Origin: Candidatus Deferrimicrobiaceae bacterium
Lineage (GTDB): Bacteria; Desulfobacterota; Deferrimicrobia; Deferrimicrobiales; Deferrimicrobiaceae
NCBI GenBank assembly: GCA_963792415.1
Contig: CAWBVY010000004.1
Span: forward strand, 1,167-65,166
Direction: 5' to 3'
Length of the DNA stretch: 64,000 nucleotides
The position numbers and the translations under genes were made by a program. Each line of letters opens with the position of its first letter. Position 1 is the stretch's first letter. Under the pieces are notes generated by a model, which did not search any database, had not been told where the DNA came from, and saw only the letters and a program-made list of their open reading frames with translations. Below are positions 48,753 through 57,642 of this stretch, one piece after another.

Positions 48753-49994
48753 TCAGGGGGCCGCGGCGTCGGCGCCTTCGGAGACCGGCTCGGCGTGCAT
48801 CTCCTGCCACGGCGGAAGGATCTTCGTCAGGACCGCGAGAATGACGATCGGCAGCGCGAGCAGCGCGATCGAGTAGAGAAGCCCCTCCAACCCCCCGAAC
48901 TCCATCTTGTACGTGGTGAGGCCGCGGAAGCTCTTCGAGAACATCTGTCCGCCGATGACGACGTTCCACCGCGTCGCGAAGATCCCGAACTGGATGAGGA
49001 TCACGGCGATGAAGTAGACCATCTTCCGCAGGTCCTCGTTCAGGTGGAAGCGCCTCCAGAAGATCTTCGTGAGGGAGATGAGGGTCAGGGGAACCAGCAT
49101 CCCGAGCAGGACCTGGATGATGATGAGGCTAGCGAACAGCTTGTTCATCACCATCTCGGAGAGGATCTTGATCTCCTCCTCGCTCTGGTACACCCGGTGG
49201 ATGAAGTCGACGAGCTCGAGGGAGAAGTCGACGATGACGGCGTAGAAGAGGAAGTCGACCGCCTTGTCGACGCACTTCATGCTGATCTTCCCGCCCGTCA
49301 GCGGCGTGATGACCATGTAGAGCAGGATGACCAGCGCGATCCCGGAGACGATGGCGGAGAAGAGGAAGACGATCGGAATGAGCACGCTGCTCCACCACGG
49401 GTTCGCCTTGATCGAACCGAAGATGAACCCGACGTACCCGTGGAGGAGGAAGGCGGACGGGATGCCGACGATGGTGATCACCTTGAGCGCCTTGTGGTCG
49501 AACGCGACCGCCCGCTCGCCCGTGTCGCGGGAATAAAGGGCCAGCGCCCGGTGGATGTGCCGCATCACCCCCGTCTCCTGCTCCGCCCACGCGATCATGT
49601 CCGTCCGGTGGACGAACCAGATCTCGAGGAGGAGGACGGCCATCAGGTACCAGGCGTAGACGAAGCCGAACATCGCCATCGCCGAGGAGGTCTGCGGGGT
49701 CAGGAGGATTTCGTAGAACCGCCCCGGGTGCCCGAGGTGCGACACCAGGGCCATCGGCGCCACGAGGAGGTACGCGAGCGCGGTGAGGAGCGAGAGGCGG
49801 TAGAGCGGCTGGACCTCCTTCACGTTGAACACCTTCACCAGCGACGCGAGGATGAAGGCCCCCGCGACGACTCCGGTGATGTAGGGATAGACGACGATCA
49901 GCAGTCCCCAGTGGATCTCGATCTCGTTCGGGTAGATGTACCCCTGGATCTGGGGGAGCAGCTCACGAAGGGTGTGTATGAATTCGGGGTTCAT
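48753..49994 (-). CDS. NrfD/PsrC-family quinol-interacting integral membrane subunit.
   Basis: 413 aa with ~10 TM segments and the conserved NrfD N-terminal helices (HWGLLIVVYPYITGVVAG). Confidence 0.85.
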   Translation of the reverse strand: MNPEFIHTLRELLPQIQGYIYPNEIEIHWGLLIVVYPYITGVVAGAFILASLVKVFNVKEVQPLYRLSLLTALAYLLVAPMALVSHLGHPGRFYEILLTPQTSSAMAMFGFVYAWYLMAVLLLEIWFVHRTDMIAWAEQETGVMRHIHRALALYSRDTGERAVAFDHKALKVITIVGIPSAFLLHGYVGFIFGSIKANPWWSSVLIPIVFLFSAIVSGIALVILLYMVITPLTGGKISMKCVDKAVDFLFYAVIVDFSLELVDFIHRVYQSEEEIKILSEMVMNKLFASLIIIQVLLGMLVPLTLISLTKIFWRRFHLNEDLRKMVYFIAVILIQFGIFATRWNVVIGGQMFSKSFRGLTTYKMEFGGLEGLLYSIALLALPIVILAVLTKILPPWQEMHAEPVSEGADAAAP

Positions 49995-50742
49995 CGGACT
50001 TCTCCGTCAAGGCTCGCGTAGTAGACTTTCGGCTCGGTGTTCAGCCCGGGCTTCAGGACGTGGATCTTGTTCATCCGAAGGAACCGGGACATCGGACTCG
50101 CCGCCGCGTTCAGGTCGCCGAAGATCCGCGTCTGGGTCGGGCACACCTCGACGCAGGCGGGGAGGAGCCCGTGCGAGATCCGGTGGTAGCAGAAGGTGCA
50201 CTTGTCGGCGGTCCGGGTCACCGGGTGGAGATACCTGGCGCCGTACGGGCACGCCTGGATGCAGTACCGGCACCCGATGCACGTCTTCTCGTTCACGAGG
50301 ACCACGCCGTCCTTCGTCTGGAACGTGGCCCCGACGGGACAGACCTGGACACAGGGGGGCTCGCGCACTGGTTGCACAGCTTCGGCACGAAGAAGGAGCG
50401 CAGGATCGACTTGTCCGAAGCGGTCTCGGGCGACGGCTCCTCGTTCGGCCCGATCGCCTTGACCGTCGTGTCCCCGTTTTTCCGGAGGATGTACCGCTCG
50501 ACCCACGTCCGGAAGAAGAACGGCTCCCTGGGAACGTTGTTTTCGTTCTTGCACGCCTCCATGCACCGCGCGCAGCCGATGCACTTGTCGACGGAGACCC
50601 CGAACCCGTACCACTTCTGCCCCTTCGGGAGGGCCTCCCGCGCGTCCGCCCTCGATGGCAGTATCTTCAGGATCCCCCCGATCGCTCCCCCGGAGAGGAG
50701 AACCGAGACGAAACCTCTCAGGAATGTCCTGCGGCCGTTCAC
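49991..50742 (-). pseudogene. 4Fe-4S ferredoxin-type subunit (NrfC/PsrB/HybA-like, Tat-exported) with a -1 frameshift near 50360.
   Basis: The N-terminal part (GTG start, RBS GGAGG) reads NGRRTFLRGFV ... SVDKCIGCARCMEACKNENNV ... KLCNQCA in one frame. The C-terminal part EPPCVQVCPVGATFQTKDGVVLVNEKTCIGCRYCIQACPYGARYL ... CTFCYHRI continues in another. The join requires one missing G in GCGGAG. Confidence 0.7.
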
Positions 50743-51497
50743 TGTTCCACCTCCGGCGAATGGGGATAATGGCATTGCCAGCAGACGTACTTCTCGCCGT
50801 GTTCGGCCAGGTCGATCTTCGGCGCGTTCTTCGCCCTCTTGTCCGTCGCGTCCTTGCCGTGGCACTTCCCGCAGAACTCGCGGGCCTCTGGCTTGCTCGG
50901 CCGCACCGAGCGGGGAGAGATCTTGTGCCGCTGGGGCACGTCGTGGCACGTCGTGCACTCCAGCTGGACGTGGTGGGACACCGCCTTCATCCGGGCGATC
51001 TCCCCGTGGCACGCCGAGCACTCCTTCGGCGTGGTCGGGGGCTTCGGGTCGTGCGGGTTGTGGCAGCTCGCGCACGCTTTCAGCGGGTTGTGGGCCACCG
51101 GGTTGATCATCGGGAACCCCCTGGGCCGCGACGGATCGTACGCGTGGCATTGGGGGCAGAACGTGCGCGCCGCGGGGATGCCCGGCTTCACCTTGTCCGG
51201 GTCTTCCGTGTGGGCCTTGACCGGCCCGTGGCACGTCTCGCACGACAGGTCCCGGTGGTATCCCTTCTTCTTCGTCGCGTAGAGCTCTTCGTGGCATTCG
51301 GCGCAGGCGTGGAAACCGGCGTATTTGATCGGCCGCGCCTCCTCCCGCTTGACGGCGTCCGCCCACTGGGCCTTCACATCCATCATCGATTTCGGAATCA
51401 GCCCGAATACGACGACCAGCCCGGCGACTACCAGCGCCAGCACAACGACGAGCAGCCTGGTCACTTGCTCCGGGAATCTCTCGAAAAATTTGCCCAT
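50739..51497 (-). CDS. Membrane-anchored octaheme c-type cytochrome.
   Basis: N-terminal TM LLVVVLALVVAGLVVVFGLI. Eight CxxCH motifs (CAECH, CETCH, CPQCH, CASCH, CSACH, CTTCH, CGKCH, CWQCH) in 252 aa. The stop overlaps the FeS GTG start (GTGA). Confidence 0.85.
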   Translation of the reverse strand: MGKFFERFPEQVTRLLVVVLALVVAGLVVVFGLIPKSMMDVKAQWADAVKREEARPIKYAGFHACAECHEELYATKKKGYHRDLSCETCHGPVKAHTEDPDKVKPGIPAARTFCPQCHAYDPSRPRGFPMINPVAHNPLKACASCHNPHDPKPPTTPKECSACHGEIARMKAVSHHVQLECTTCHDVPQRHKISPRSVRPSKPEAREFCGKCHGKDATDKRAKNAPKIDLAEHGEKYVCWQCHYPHSPEVEQ

Positions 51498-51649
51498 CGC
51501 GCGGTGTTCCTCCTGGGTACGTTTGCGGGAAACACGAATTTATATATATTTATCGAACGGTTGTCCCTGGATGATGAAGACGGGGACGCCCTGAAGCCCG
51601 ACGAAGATATCCGGAATCGCGAGGCCTGTCAACAACAATGGCGGGAGGG

Positions 51650-52936
51650 TCAGTCCCGGTACGACTGCTCCGCGAGGTGGTCCGCCCGCCGGATGAACTC
51701 CATGTCGTGGATCACCGGTTTTACGCCGTCCTTCCCGACGTGGAATTCGCCGGTGAGGATCGGGACGGCCACGCGGAGCAGGAGCGTGTACACGAAGAGC
51801 CCGGTCGCCCAGATCCCGAGGGCCAGGAGGATCTCGGTCCCGGTCGGGGAATACTCGTAGATCTCTCCCAGCGCATCGGGGACCAGCCCCGGGATGACGA
51901 GCCCCATCCCTTTTTCGATGTAGACGCCGATGAAGATCAGGACGCAGCCGATGTTGAGCGTGACGTAGTTCTCCCGCGTCTGCGGAATGAGGAACAGGAA
52001 GAAGGCCGAGACGTTGAAGATCATCGCCGTCCAGATGTACGGGACGAGGTTGCTGTGCCCCTTCAGGCCGAAGAAGAGGTACTGCATCGGAGCGAGGTGG
52101 ATCGTGTTGGAGTAGAACTCCTTGAACACCTCGGCGCCCAGCAGGAACAGGTTGATGAACATGGAGTACGCGATGAGCTCGGCGACCTTGAAGATCGCCT
52201 CGTTCTTGATCTCGATCCGCGTGTACTTTCGGATCACCTGGAAGAGGATGATCATGAACGCCGGGCCGGAGCAGAACGCCGACGCCAGGAACCGGGGGGC
52301 GAGGATCGACGCGTTCCAGAACGGGCGCGCCGCCAGGCCGTTGTAGAGGAACGCCGTCACGGTGTGGATCGAAACCGCGGCGGGAATGGACAGCAGGATC
52401 ATCGGGTTGAAGAAGTTCGGGTTGGGCTCCTCGCGGTTGTAGTGCTTGTAGCAGATGTAGACCGCGATCAGGAGGTTGAGGAACAGGTAGGCGTTCAGGA
52501 CCACCACGTCCCACGCCAGCATCGACTGCGGGAAGTTCAGGATCCCGATCTTGGGGATCAGGTGCCAGAACCGGTCGGGACGCCCGATGTCCACGGTGAC
52601 GAAGAGGAGGCACATCACCATCGCCGAGACGGCGAGCATCTCCCCGAGAACGGCGATCTCCTTGATCGGCTTCCACTTGTACACGTACGCGGGGATCACG
52701 AGGAGGACCGCCGCCGCCGCCACCCCGACGAGGAAGGTGAAGTTGGAGATGTAGAACCCCCAGGAGACCTCGTCGCGCATCGCGGTCACGATCAGTCCGT
52801 TCTGAAGCTGGTAGGCGTACGCCGCCACGCCGACGGCCATGAGGGCGAGGAGGGAGAACATCCAGGTATAGTAGGCCCTGCTCCCCTTGGAGACGAGGAT
52901 CAGCGTACCCTTGAAGAATTCCCAGATCTTTGTCAT
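51650..52936 (-). CDS. NrfD/PsrC-family integral membrane subunit (second copy).
   Basis: 428 aa, ~10 TM, NrfD-like topology; 16 bp downstream of the FeS gene. Confidence 0.85.
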   Translation of the reverse strand: MTKIWEFFKGTLILVSKGSRAYYTWMFSLLALMAVGVAAYAYQLQNGLIVTAMRDEVSWGFYISNFTFLVGVAAAAVLLVIPAYVYKWKPIKEIAVLGEMLAVSAMVMCLLFVTVDIGRPDRFWHLIPKIGILNFPQSMLAWDVVVLNAYLFLNLLIAVYICYKHYNREEPNPNFFNPMILLSIPAAVSIHTVTAFLYNGLAARPFWNASILAPRFLASAFCSGPAFMIILFQVIRKYTRIEIKNEAIFKVAELIAYSMFINLFLLGAEVFKEFYSNTIHLAPMQYLFFGLKGHSNLVPYIWTAMIFNVSAFFLFLIPQTRENYVTLNIGCVLIFIGVYIEKGMGLVIPGLVPDALGEIYEYSPTGTEILLALGIWATGLFVYTLLLRVAVPILTGEFHVGKDGVKPVIHDMEFIRRADHLAEQSYRD

Positions 52937-52952
52937 CGGTCCCCTCGTCGCC

Positions 52953-53879
52953 TCAGGTCGCGTAGAAGTAGTAGAACTTCGGCCGGGTGTTCAGGTCTTC
53001 CTTCAGGATGAACACGCGCTTGTTCTCGATGACGTACCGCATCTCGCTCTCGGGATCGAGCAGGTTCCCGAATTTGCGGGCCCCCACCGGGCAGATCTCG
53101 ACGCACGCGGTGTAGCGCCCCGGAGTGTTCCGGACGCGCTGGATGCAGAAGGTGCACTTCTCGACCACGCCGATCGGCCGGGGGCGGTTCCCCAGATAGT
53201 GCGTGTCCGGGTTCATCTCGGCGGCGGGAAGGCCCGCCTTCTTCCAGTTGAAGTGGCGCGCGCCGTAGGGGCAGGCCGCCATGCAGTAGCGGCAGCCGAT
53301 GCACCAGTTGTAGTCGACGACGGTGATCCCGTCCCGCTCCTTCCAGGTCGCCTGCACGGGGCACACCTTGGTGCACGGCGGGTGCTCGCACTGCTGGCAC
53401 TGGACCGGCATGTAGAAGTGGCCCTTCTCCGGGACCTTCGCCGGGTTGTAGTACTGCTCCGCATCCTCCAGATCGACGCCGCGCTCCTTGTTGAGCTGCA
53501 GCACGCGGATCCAGTGGATCTGGGGGTCGCGGGACTGGTTGTTCTCCCCCACGCAGGCGTAGACGCACCGGCGGCACCCGATGCAGCGGGAAAGGTCGAG
53601 CCCGTACCCGAAGAGGATCCCCTCGGTCGGGGGATTGGCGCGGACCGTGACCGCCTTCTTGTACTTCTCGCTGTACTCCTTCTCGAGCCGGGCGAGCACC
53701 CCTTTGAGGTCCTCCGGGGACATCTCCCGGAAATTCTTCTGGAAGAACGACTCCCAGGCGGAGGCGGGGGCGTCCTTCGCCGGGAGCGCCAACGCCCCCA
53801 GCACCGCCGCCACCCCCTTCATCATCTTGCGGCGCGACATCCGGTGGACGTGGGCATCGCGGGTTCCTTCGTTCGGCAT
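52953..53879 (-). CDS. 4Fe-4S ferredoxin-type subunit (NrfC/HmcB-like, Tat signal).
   Basis: Twin-arginine motif SRRKMMKGVAAVLGALALPA. Four Cys clusters (CIGCRRCVYAC, CQQCEHPPCTKVCP, CIGCRYCMAACP, CTFC ... CVEICP). Start 53879 (RBS GGGAGA) or 53840. Confidence 0.8.
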   Translation of the reverse strand: MPNEGTRDAHVHRMSRRKMMKGVAAVLGALALPAKDAPASAWESFFQKNFREMSPEDLKGVLARLEKEYSEKYKKAVTVRANPPTEGILFGYGLDLSRCIGCRRCVYACVGENNQSRDPQIHWIRVLQLNKERGVDLEDAEQYYNPAKVPEKGHFYMPVQCQQCEHPPCTKVCPVQATWKERDGITVVDYNWCIGCRYCMAACPYGARHFNWKKAGLPAAEMNPDTHYLGNRPRPIGVVEKCTFCIQRVRNTPGRYTACVEICPVGARKFGNLLDPESEMRYVIENKRVFILKEDLNTRPKFYYFYAT

Positions 53880-53920
53880 ATGCCTGTCTCCCGCCGCGCT
53901 CGGCGGCTCTTCGCGTGGAA

Positions 53921-54481
53921 TCATTTCCTGATCGCCTCGGGGCGGACCGGCGGCGGCATCGGTGCCAGCGGCTTGAACCGCGGATCGTGGGGATTGTGGC
54001 AATGGACGCAGAGGAGGTACTGCTTCTCCCCGTTCCACATCCCGGTCCGCTTGCCATGGACCCCCACCTTCCAGTCCCGGTACTTGTCTCCGTGGCACTG
54101 ACCGCACAGGCGGTACGACTCCTCGAAACTGATCTTCTCACCGTTCACGAGGTGAAGCTTGTCGCGGTTGTAGATGTCGTGGCAGTCCAGGCACCAACGC
54201 TCCCCTTCCGCGTGGTTCAGGACGATGTTGGTGTGCTCTTCCGTCAACTTCCGCCGTTTCGGGTTCGGCGTCATCTCCTTGTGGCAGTCGGAGCAGGGGA
54301 AGATCCCGGGGGTGAAGGGCGGCGTCGGGACCGCGTATTGCGGGTGGCCCGGGGCCCCCTCCTTCTTCGCGGGGGGGGACGCCTTCGGCTGCTCCGCCGC
54401 CGGCGCCCATCCCGCGGCCAGGAAAAGCAAGAGGGCGACCGCCGCCGGTGCAGCCGCCCGGCGCATGCGTTCCATTTTCAT
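53921..54481 (-). CDS. Periplasmic tetraheme c-type cytochrome.
   Basis: Signal peptide; four CxxCH motifs (CSDCH, CLDCH, CGQCH, CVHCH) in 186 aa. Confidence 0.85.
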   Translation of the reverse strand: MKMERMRRAAAPAAVALLLFLAAGWAPAAEQPKASPPAKKEGAPGHPQYAVPTPPFTPGIFPCSDCHKEMTPNPKRRKLTEEHTNIVLNHAEGERWCLDCHDIYNRDKLHLVNGEKISFEESYRLCGQCHGDKYRDWKVGVHGKRTGMWNGEKQYLLCVHCHNPHDPRFKPLAPMPPPVRPEAIRK

Positions 54482-54507
54482 CGCGACTCCTTCTTTCCGG
54501 ATTGAGC

Positions 54508-55023
54508 CTACTCCTGCATCCGCAGCCCCGAGCTCTCCAGGAAATCGAGGTATTCGTAGATGATGTCGAAATGCTTCTGCTCCTCGGAGGCCAGGATCTT
54601 GAAGAACGCCTTCTCCTGCTTGTTCGAGGAGTTCTCGGACATCCGGGTGTACATCTCCCGCCCCTCGGCCTCGAACCCCAGGGCCTTCCGCATCGCCACC
54701 GCGGCGTCCCCGGTGATCGTCTTCTCCTTCTTGATCCGGCTGTACTCCCGCTTGAAGAGGCGCATGCGGCCCTCGCTGCTCACGGCGGAGACGGCGGGGA
54801 ACTTGCCGTCCTCCTCCATCTTCTTCGCGACCACCAGGATGTCCTCGTAATGCTTCTTCTCCATGTCGGCGAGGAGCGCGAAGACGCGTTTCGCGAACCC
54901 GTCGGTCGCCTTCTGCGCGGACAGGGCGAAGTAGCGCATCCCGTTCTTCTCGAACCGGAGCGCACGGGTGATCGCGGACCCTGCGTTTCCGTTTTTCGGA
55001 GCGGGCTTGGCCGCTTTCGGCAT
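54508..55023 (-). CDS. Ferritin-like / rubrerythrin-like diiron domain protein.
   Basis: Two E-x-x-H helices (MEKKHYEDIL and SEEQKHFDIIYEYL). 171 aa. Start at MPKAAK with RBS AAAGGAG. Confidence 0.55.
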   Translation of the reverse strand: MPKAAKPAPKNGNAGSAITRALRFEKNGMRYFALSAQKATDGFAKRVFALLADMEKKHYEDILVVAKKMEEDGKFPAVSAVSSEGRMRLFKREYSRIKKEKTITGDAAVAMRKALGFEAEGREMYTRMSENSSNKQEKAFFKILASEEQKHFDIIYEYLDFLESSGLRMQE

Positions 55024-55044
55024 CGGTAGACTCCTTTTATCAGG

Positions 55045-55065
55045 GATATTCACTATTATAATCAC
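55045..55065 (-). promoter_or_regulatory. AT-rich partially palindromic box (GATATTCACTATTATAATCAC) upstream of the ferritin-like gene. Candidate -10 (TATAAT) and/or Fur-type operator.
   Basis: A 21-bp AT-rich island in ~67% GC DNA, ~25-45 bp upstream of the start. It contains an exact TATAAT and resembles the 19-bp Fur consensus (GATAATGATAATCATTATC) at roughly 11-12 of 19 positions. Confidence 0.35.
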
Positions 55066-55192
55066 CGTTCGCAGGTCGCGCGGAGAAAAAAATCCGGGCT
55101 GTGCCCCCCGTTTTTCCTACGGTGGGGGTACCCCAGGGAGTGTAGTCAGTCCGGGAGTGGGGCGCCCCCCCTCCTGCGGCGACTCCGCAGGA

Positions 55193-57004
55193 TCACTCCT
55201 TCCGGCGGGGCCGTTTCCCGGCCTCGAGGATCTTCTTCCGCATGCGGATCGACGCGGGGGTGATCTCGACCACCTCGTCCTCGTTGATGAACTCGAGGGC
55301 CGCCTCGAGGGAGAGGATCCGGTGCGGGACCAGCCGCAACGCCTCGTCGGTGCCGGCGGCGCGGATGTTCGTGAGCTTCTTCTCCTTGGTGATGTTGATG
55401 TCCATGTCCACGGGACGCGTGTTCTCGCCCACGATCATCCCCTCGTACACCTGCTCCCCCTCCCCGATGAAGAACGTCCCGCGCGACTGCAGGTGGAAGA
55501 TGGCGTACGCCGTGGTGCGCCCTACCCGATCGGAGACCAGCGCCCCGTTGATCCGCTCGGGGATCGGCCCCTGCCACGGATCGTACCCGTCGAAGAGGTG
55601 GTTCAGCAGGCCGGTGCCGCGGGTGAGCGTGAGAAACTCCGAACGGAAGCCGATCAGCCCCCGCGACGGGATGCGGTACTCGATCCGCACGCGTCCCTGC
55701 CCCGGGTTGATCATCTTCGTCATCTTCGCCCGCCGGATCCCCAACGCCTGCGTCACGGCCCCGAGGTACGCGTCGGGGACGTCCACGAAGAGCGCCTCTA
55801 CCGGTTCCACGACCGCCCCGCCTTCCGTCTTCGTCACCACCTCGGGCCGGGAGACCGAGAGCTCGAACCCTTCCCGCCGCATCATCTCGATGAGGATCAC
55901 CAGCTGCAGCTCCCCGCGACCCATCACCGTGAACCAGTCGGTCCCGGTAAAGTCGATCCGGAGCGCGACGTTGCCGAGCAGCTCCTTCTCGAGCCGGGCG
56001 CGCACCTGCCGCGAGGTGACGAACTTCCCGTCCCTCCCGGCGAACGGCGAGGTGTTGATCGAGAACACCATCGATACCGTCGGCTCGTCCACGGCGATGC
56101 GGGGGAGGGGCTTCGGTGCCTCCGCGTCGGAGATCGTGTCCCCGATCGTCACGTCCTCCATCCCCGCGATCGCGACGATGTCCCCCGCGGTCGCTTCGGC
56201 GATCTCCGTTCGGCTCAACCCCTCGTACCCGTAGAGCAGCGTCACCTTGATCTTCCGCGCCTCCCCGCCGATCCCGCACAGGGAGACGATCTCCCCGGCG
56301 CGCAGCGTCCCCTCGAAAACCCGCCCGACGGCAAGTCGCCCTACGTAGTCGCTGTATTCGAGGTTGGTCACCAGAAACTGGAGGGTGGCCGACGGGTCGC
56401 CGGTGGGGGGCGGCACGTGGGAGAGGATCGCGTCGAAAAGAGGCTGCAGGTTCCGCCCGGCCGCTTCCCCGCGGAGAGCCGCCGTCCCCGCCCGGGCGTT
56501 CGTCATCATGACCGGGAAATCGAGCTGGTCTTCCGTGGCGTCGAGGTCGATGAAGAGGTCGTAGACCTCGTCGACCACCTCGTCGATCCGGGCGTCGGGC
56601 CGGTCGATCTTGTTGATGACGAGAATCACGGGGAGTTCCCGCTCGAGGGCTTTCTTGAGCACGAAGCGGGTCTGCGGAAGCGGACCCTCGGAGGCGTCCA
56701 CGAGCAGCAGCACCGCGTCGACCATCTTCAGCGTCCGCTCCACCTCGCCGCCGAAGTCGGCGTGGCCGGGGGTATCCACGATGTTGATCTTGACGCCCTT
56801 GTAGATCACGGCGGTGTTCTTCGCCATGATCGTGATCCCCTTCTCCCGCTCCAGATCCATCGAGTCCATCACCCGGTCGACGACGGCCGCGTGGGCGCTG
56901 AAGATGCCGCTCTGCCGCAGCATCGCGTCAACCAGGGTGGTCTTCCCGTGGTCGACGTGGGCGATGATCGCGACGTTCCGGATGTCGGCGGTGGCCTGCG
57001 TCAT
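55193..57004 (-). CDS. typA: Translational GTPase TypA/BipA.
   Basis: [20 protein letters not shown] ... [14 protein letters not shown] ... NKIDRP; full-length colinearity with BipA (603 aa). Confidence 0.95.
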   Translation of the reverse strand: MTQATADIRNVAIIAHVDHGKTTLVDAMLRQSGIFSAHAAVVDRVMDSMDLEREKGITIMAKNTAVIYKGVKINIVDTPGHADFGGEVERTLKMVDAVLLLVDASEGPLPQTRFVLKKALERELPVILVINKIDRPDARIDEVVDEVYDLFIDLDATEDQLDFPVMMTNARAGTAALRGEAAGRNLQPLFDAILSHVPPPTGDPSATLQFLVTNLEYSDYVGRLAVGRVFEGTLRAGEIVSLCGIGGEARKIKVTLLYGYEGLSRTEIAEATAGDIVAIAGMEDVTIGDTISDAEAPKPLPRIAVDEPTVSMVFSINTSPFAGRDGKFVTSRQVRARLEKELLGNVALRIDFTGTDWFTVMGRGELQLVILIEMMRREGFELSVSRPEVVTKTEGGAVVEPVEALFVDVPDAYLGAVTQALGIRRAKMTKMINPGQGRVRIEYRIPSRGLIGFRSEFLTLTRGTGLLNHLFDGYDPWQGPIPERINGALVSDRVGRTTAYAIFHLQSRGTFFIGEGEQVYEGMIVGENTRPVDMDINITKEKKLTNIRAAGTDEALRLVPHRILSLEAALEFINEDEVVEITPASIRMRKKILEAGKRPRRKE

Positions 57005-57016
57005 GGGGGAAGGGCG

Positions 57017-57577
57017 TTACGCGAAGGAGCGGGCAAAGAGCTCCCGGATCGCTTTCCGGCCGTTCTCCTCGAGGAAGCGGGTTCCCGTCCCGGCGAAGCA
57101 GGGATTGCCGATGCGGACCGCCTGCCCGCCCGCCGGTTCGACCCACCGGTCGTCCTTCCATGTGAGCCAGGCGCTCTTTCCCTGGTCGAAGACGAAGATC
57201 GGCTTGTTGCACAGCTTGGCGAACTCCGCACCCCACCCGGTCCCGCCCTTGACCGTCCCGTCGGGGAGGACCGCCCCGATCACGTAGACCACTTGGCCGG
57301 AGTTGACCTGGTACCAGATCGTCTGCAGGACCTTCCGGATCGTGGGGGCGTCGGTGTAGCTCCGGTTCAGGAGGCGTGAAACGTAGGTGAGGCTCACGTC
57401 CCCCCGGACCAGCTCCTCCCGGGAAAGGACCCGGACGCCGCGGGAGCGGGCGATGTCGCGGCCCTCGTACGTGAAGTTGATCTCCTCGATCCCGTACCGC
57501 TCCGCCTGCGCGCCGAACTCCGCCTCGGCGCCGACGGCACCGCCGCTGTAGAGGACGCAATCCTCCTTTTTCAGCAT
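57017..57577 (-). CDS. Hypothetical protein (possible Rossmann/SLOG-like nucleotide-binding fold).
   Basis: 186-aa ORF with coding-like composition. Motifs YSGGAVGAEAEF and VIGAVLPDGTVKGGTGWGAEFAK faintly resemble the LOG/DprA-like SLOG superfamily. Confidence 0.4.
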   Translation of the reverse strand: MLKKEDCVLYSGGAVGAEAEFGAQAERYGIEEINFTYEGRDIARSRGVRVLSREELVRGDVSLTYVSRLLNRSYTDAPTIRKVLQTIWYQVNSGQVVYVIGAVLPDGTVKGGTGWGAEFAKLCNKPIFVFDQGKSAWLTWKDDRWVEPAGGQAVRIGNPCFAGTGTRFLEENGRKAIRELFARSFA

Positions 57578-57642
57578 CTTCGTCTCCTTAGGGATGGTCG
57601 AATGGAATAACGGACACTATACCACGAAGGGTCCGGGATCGG

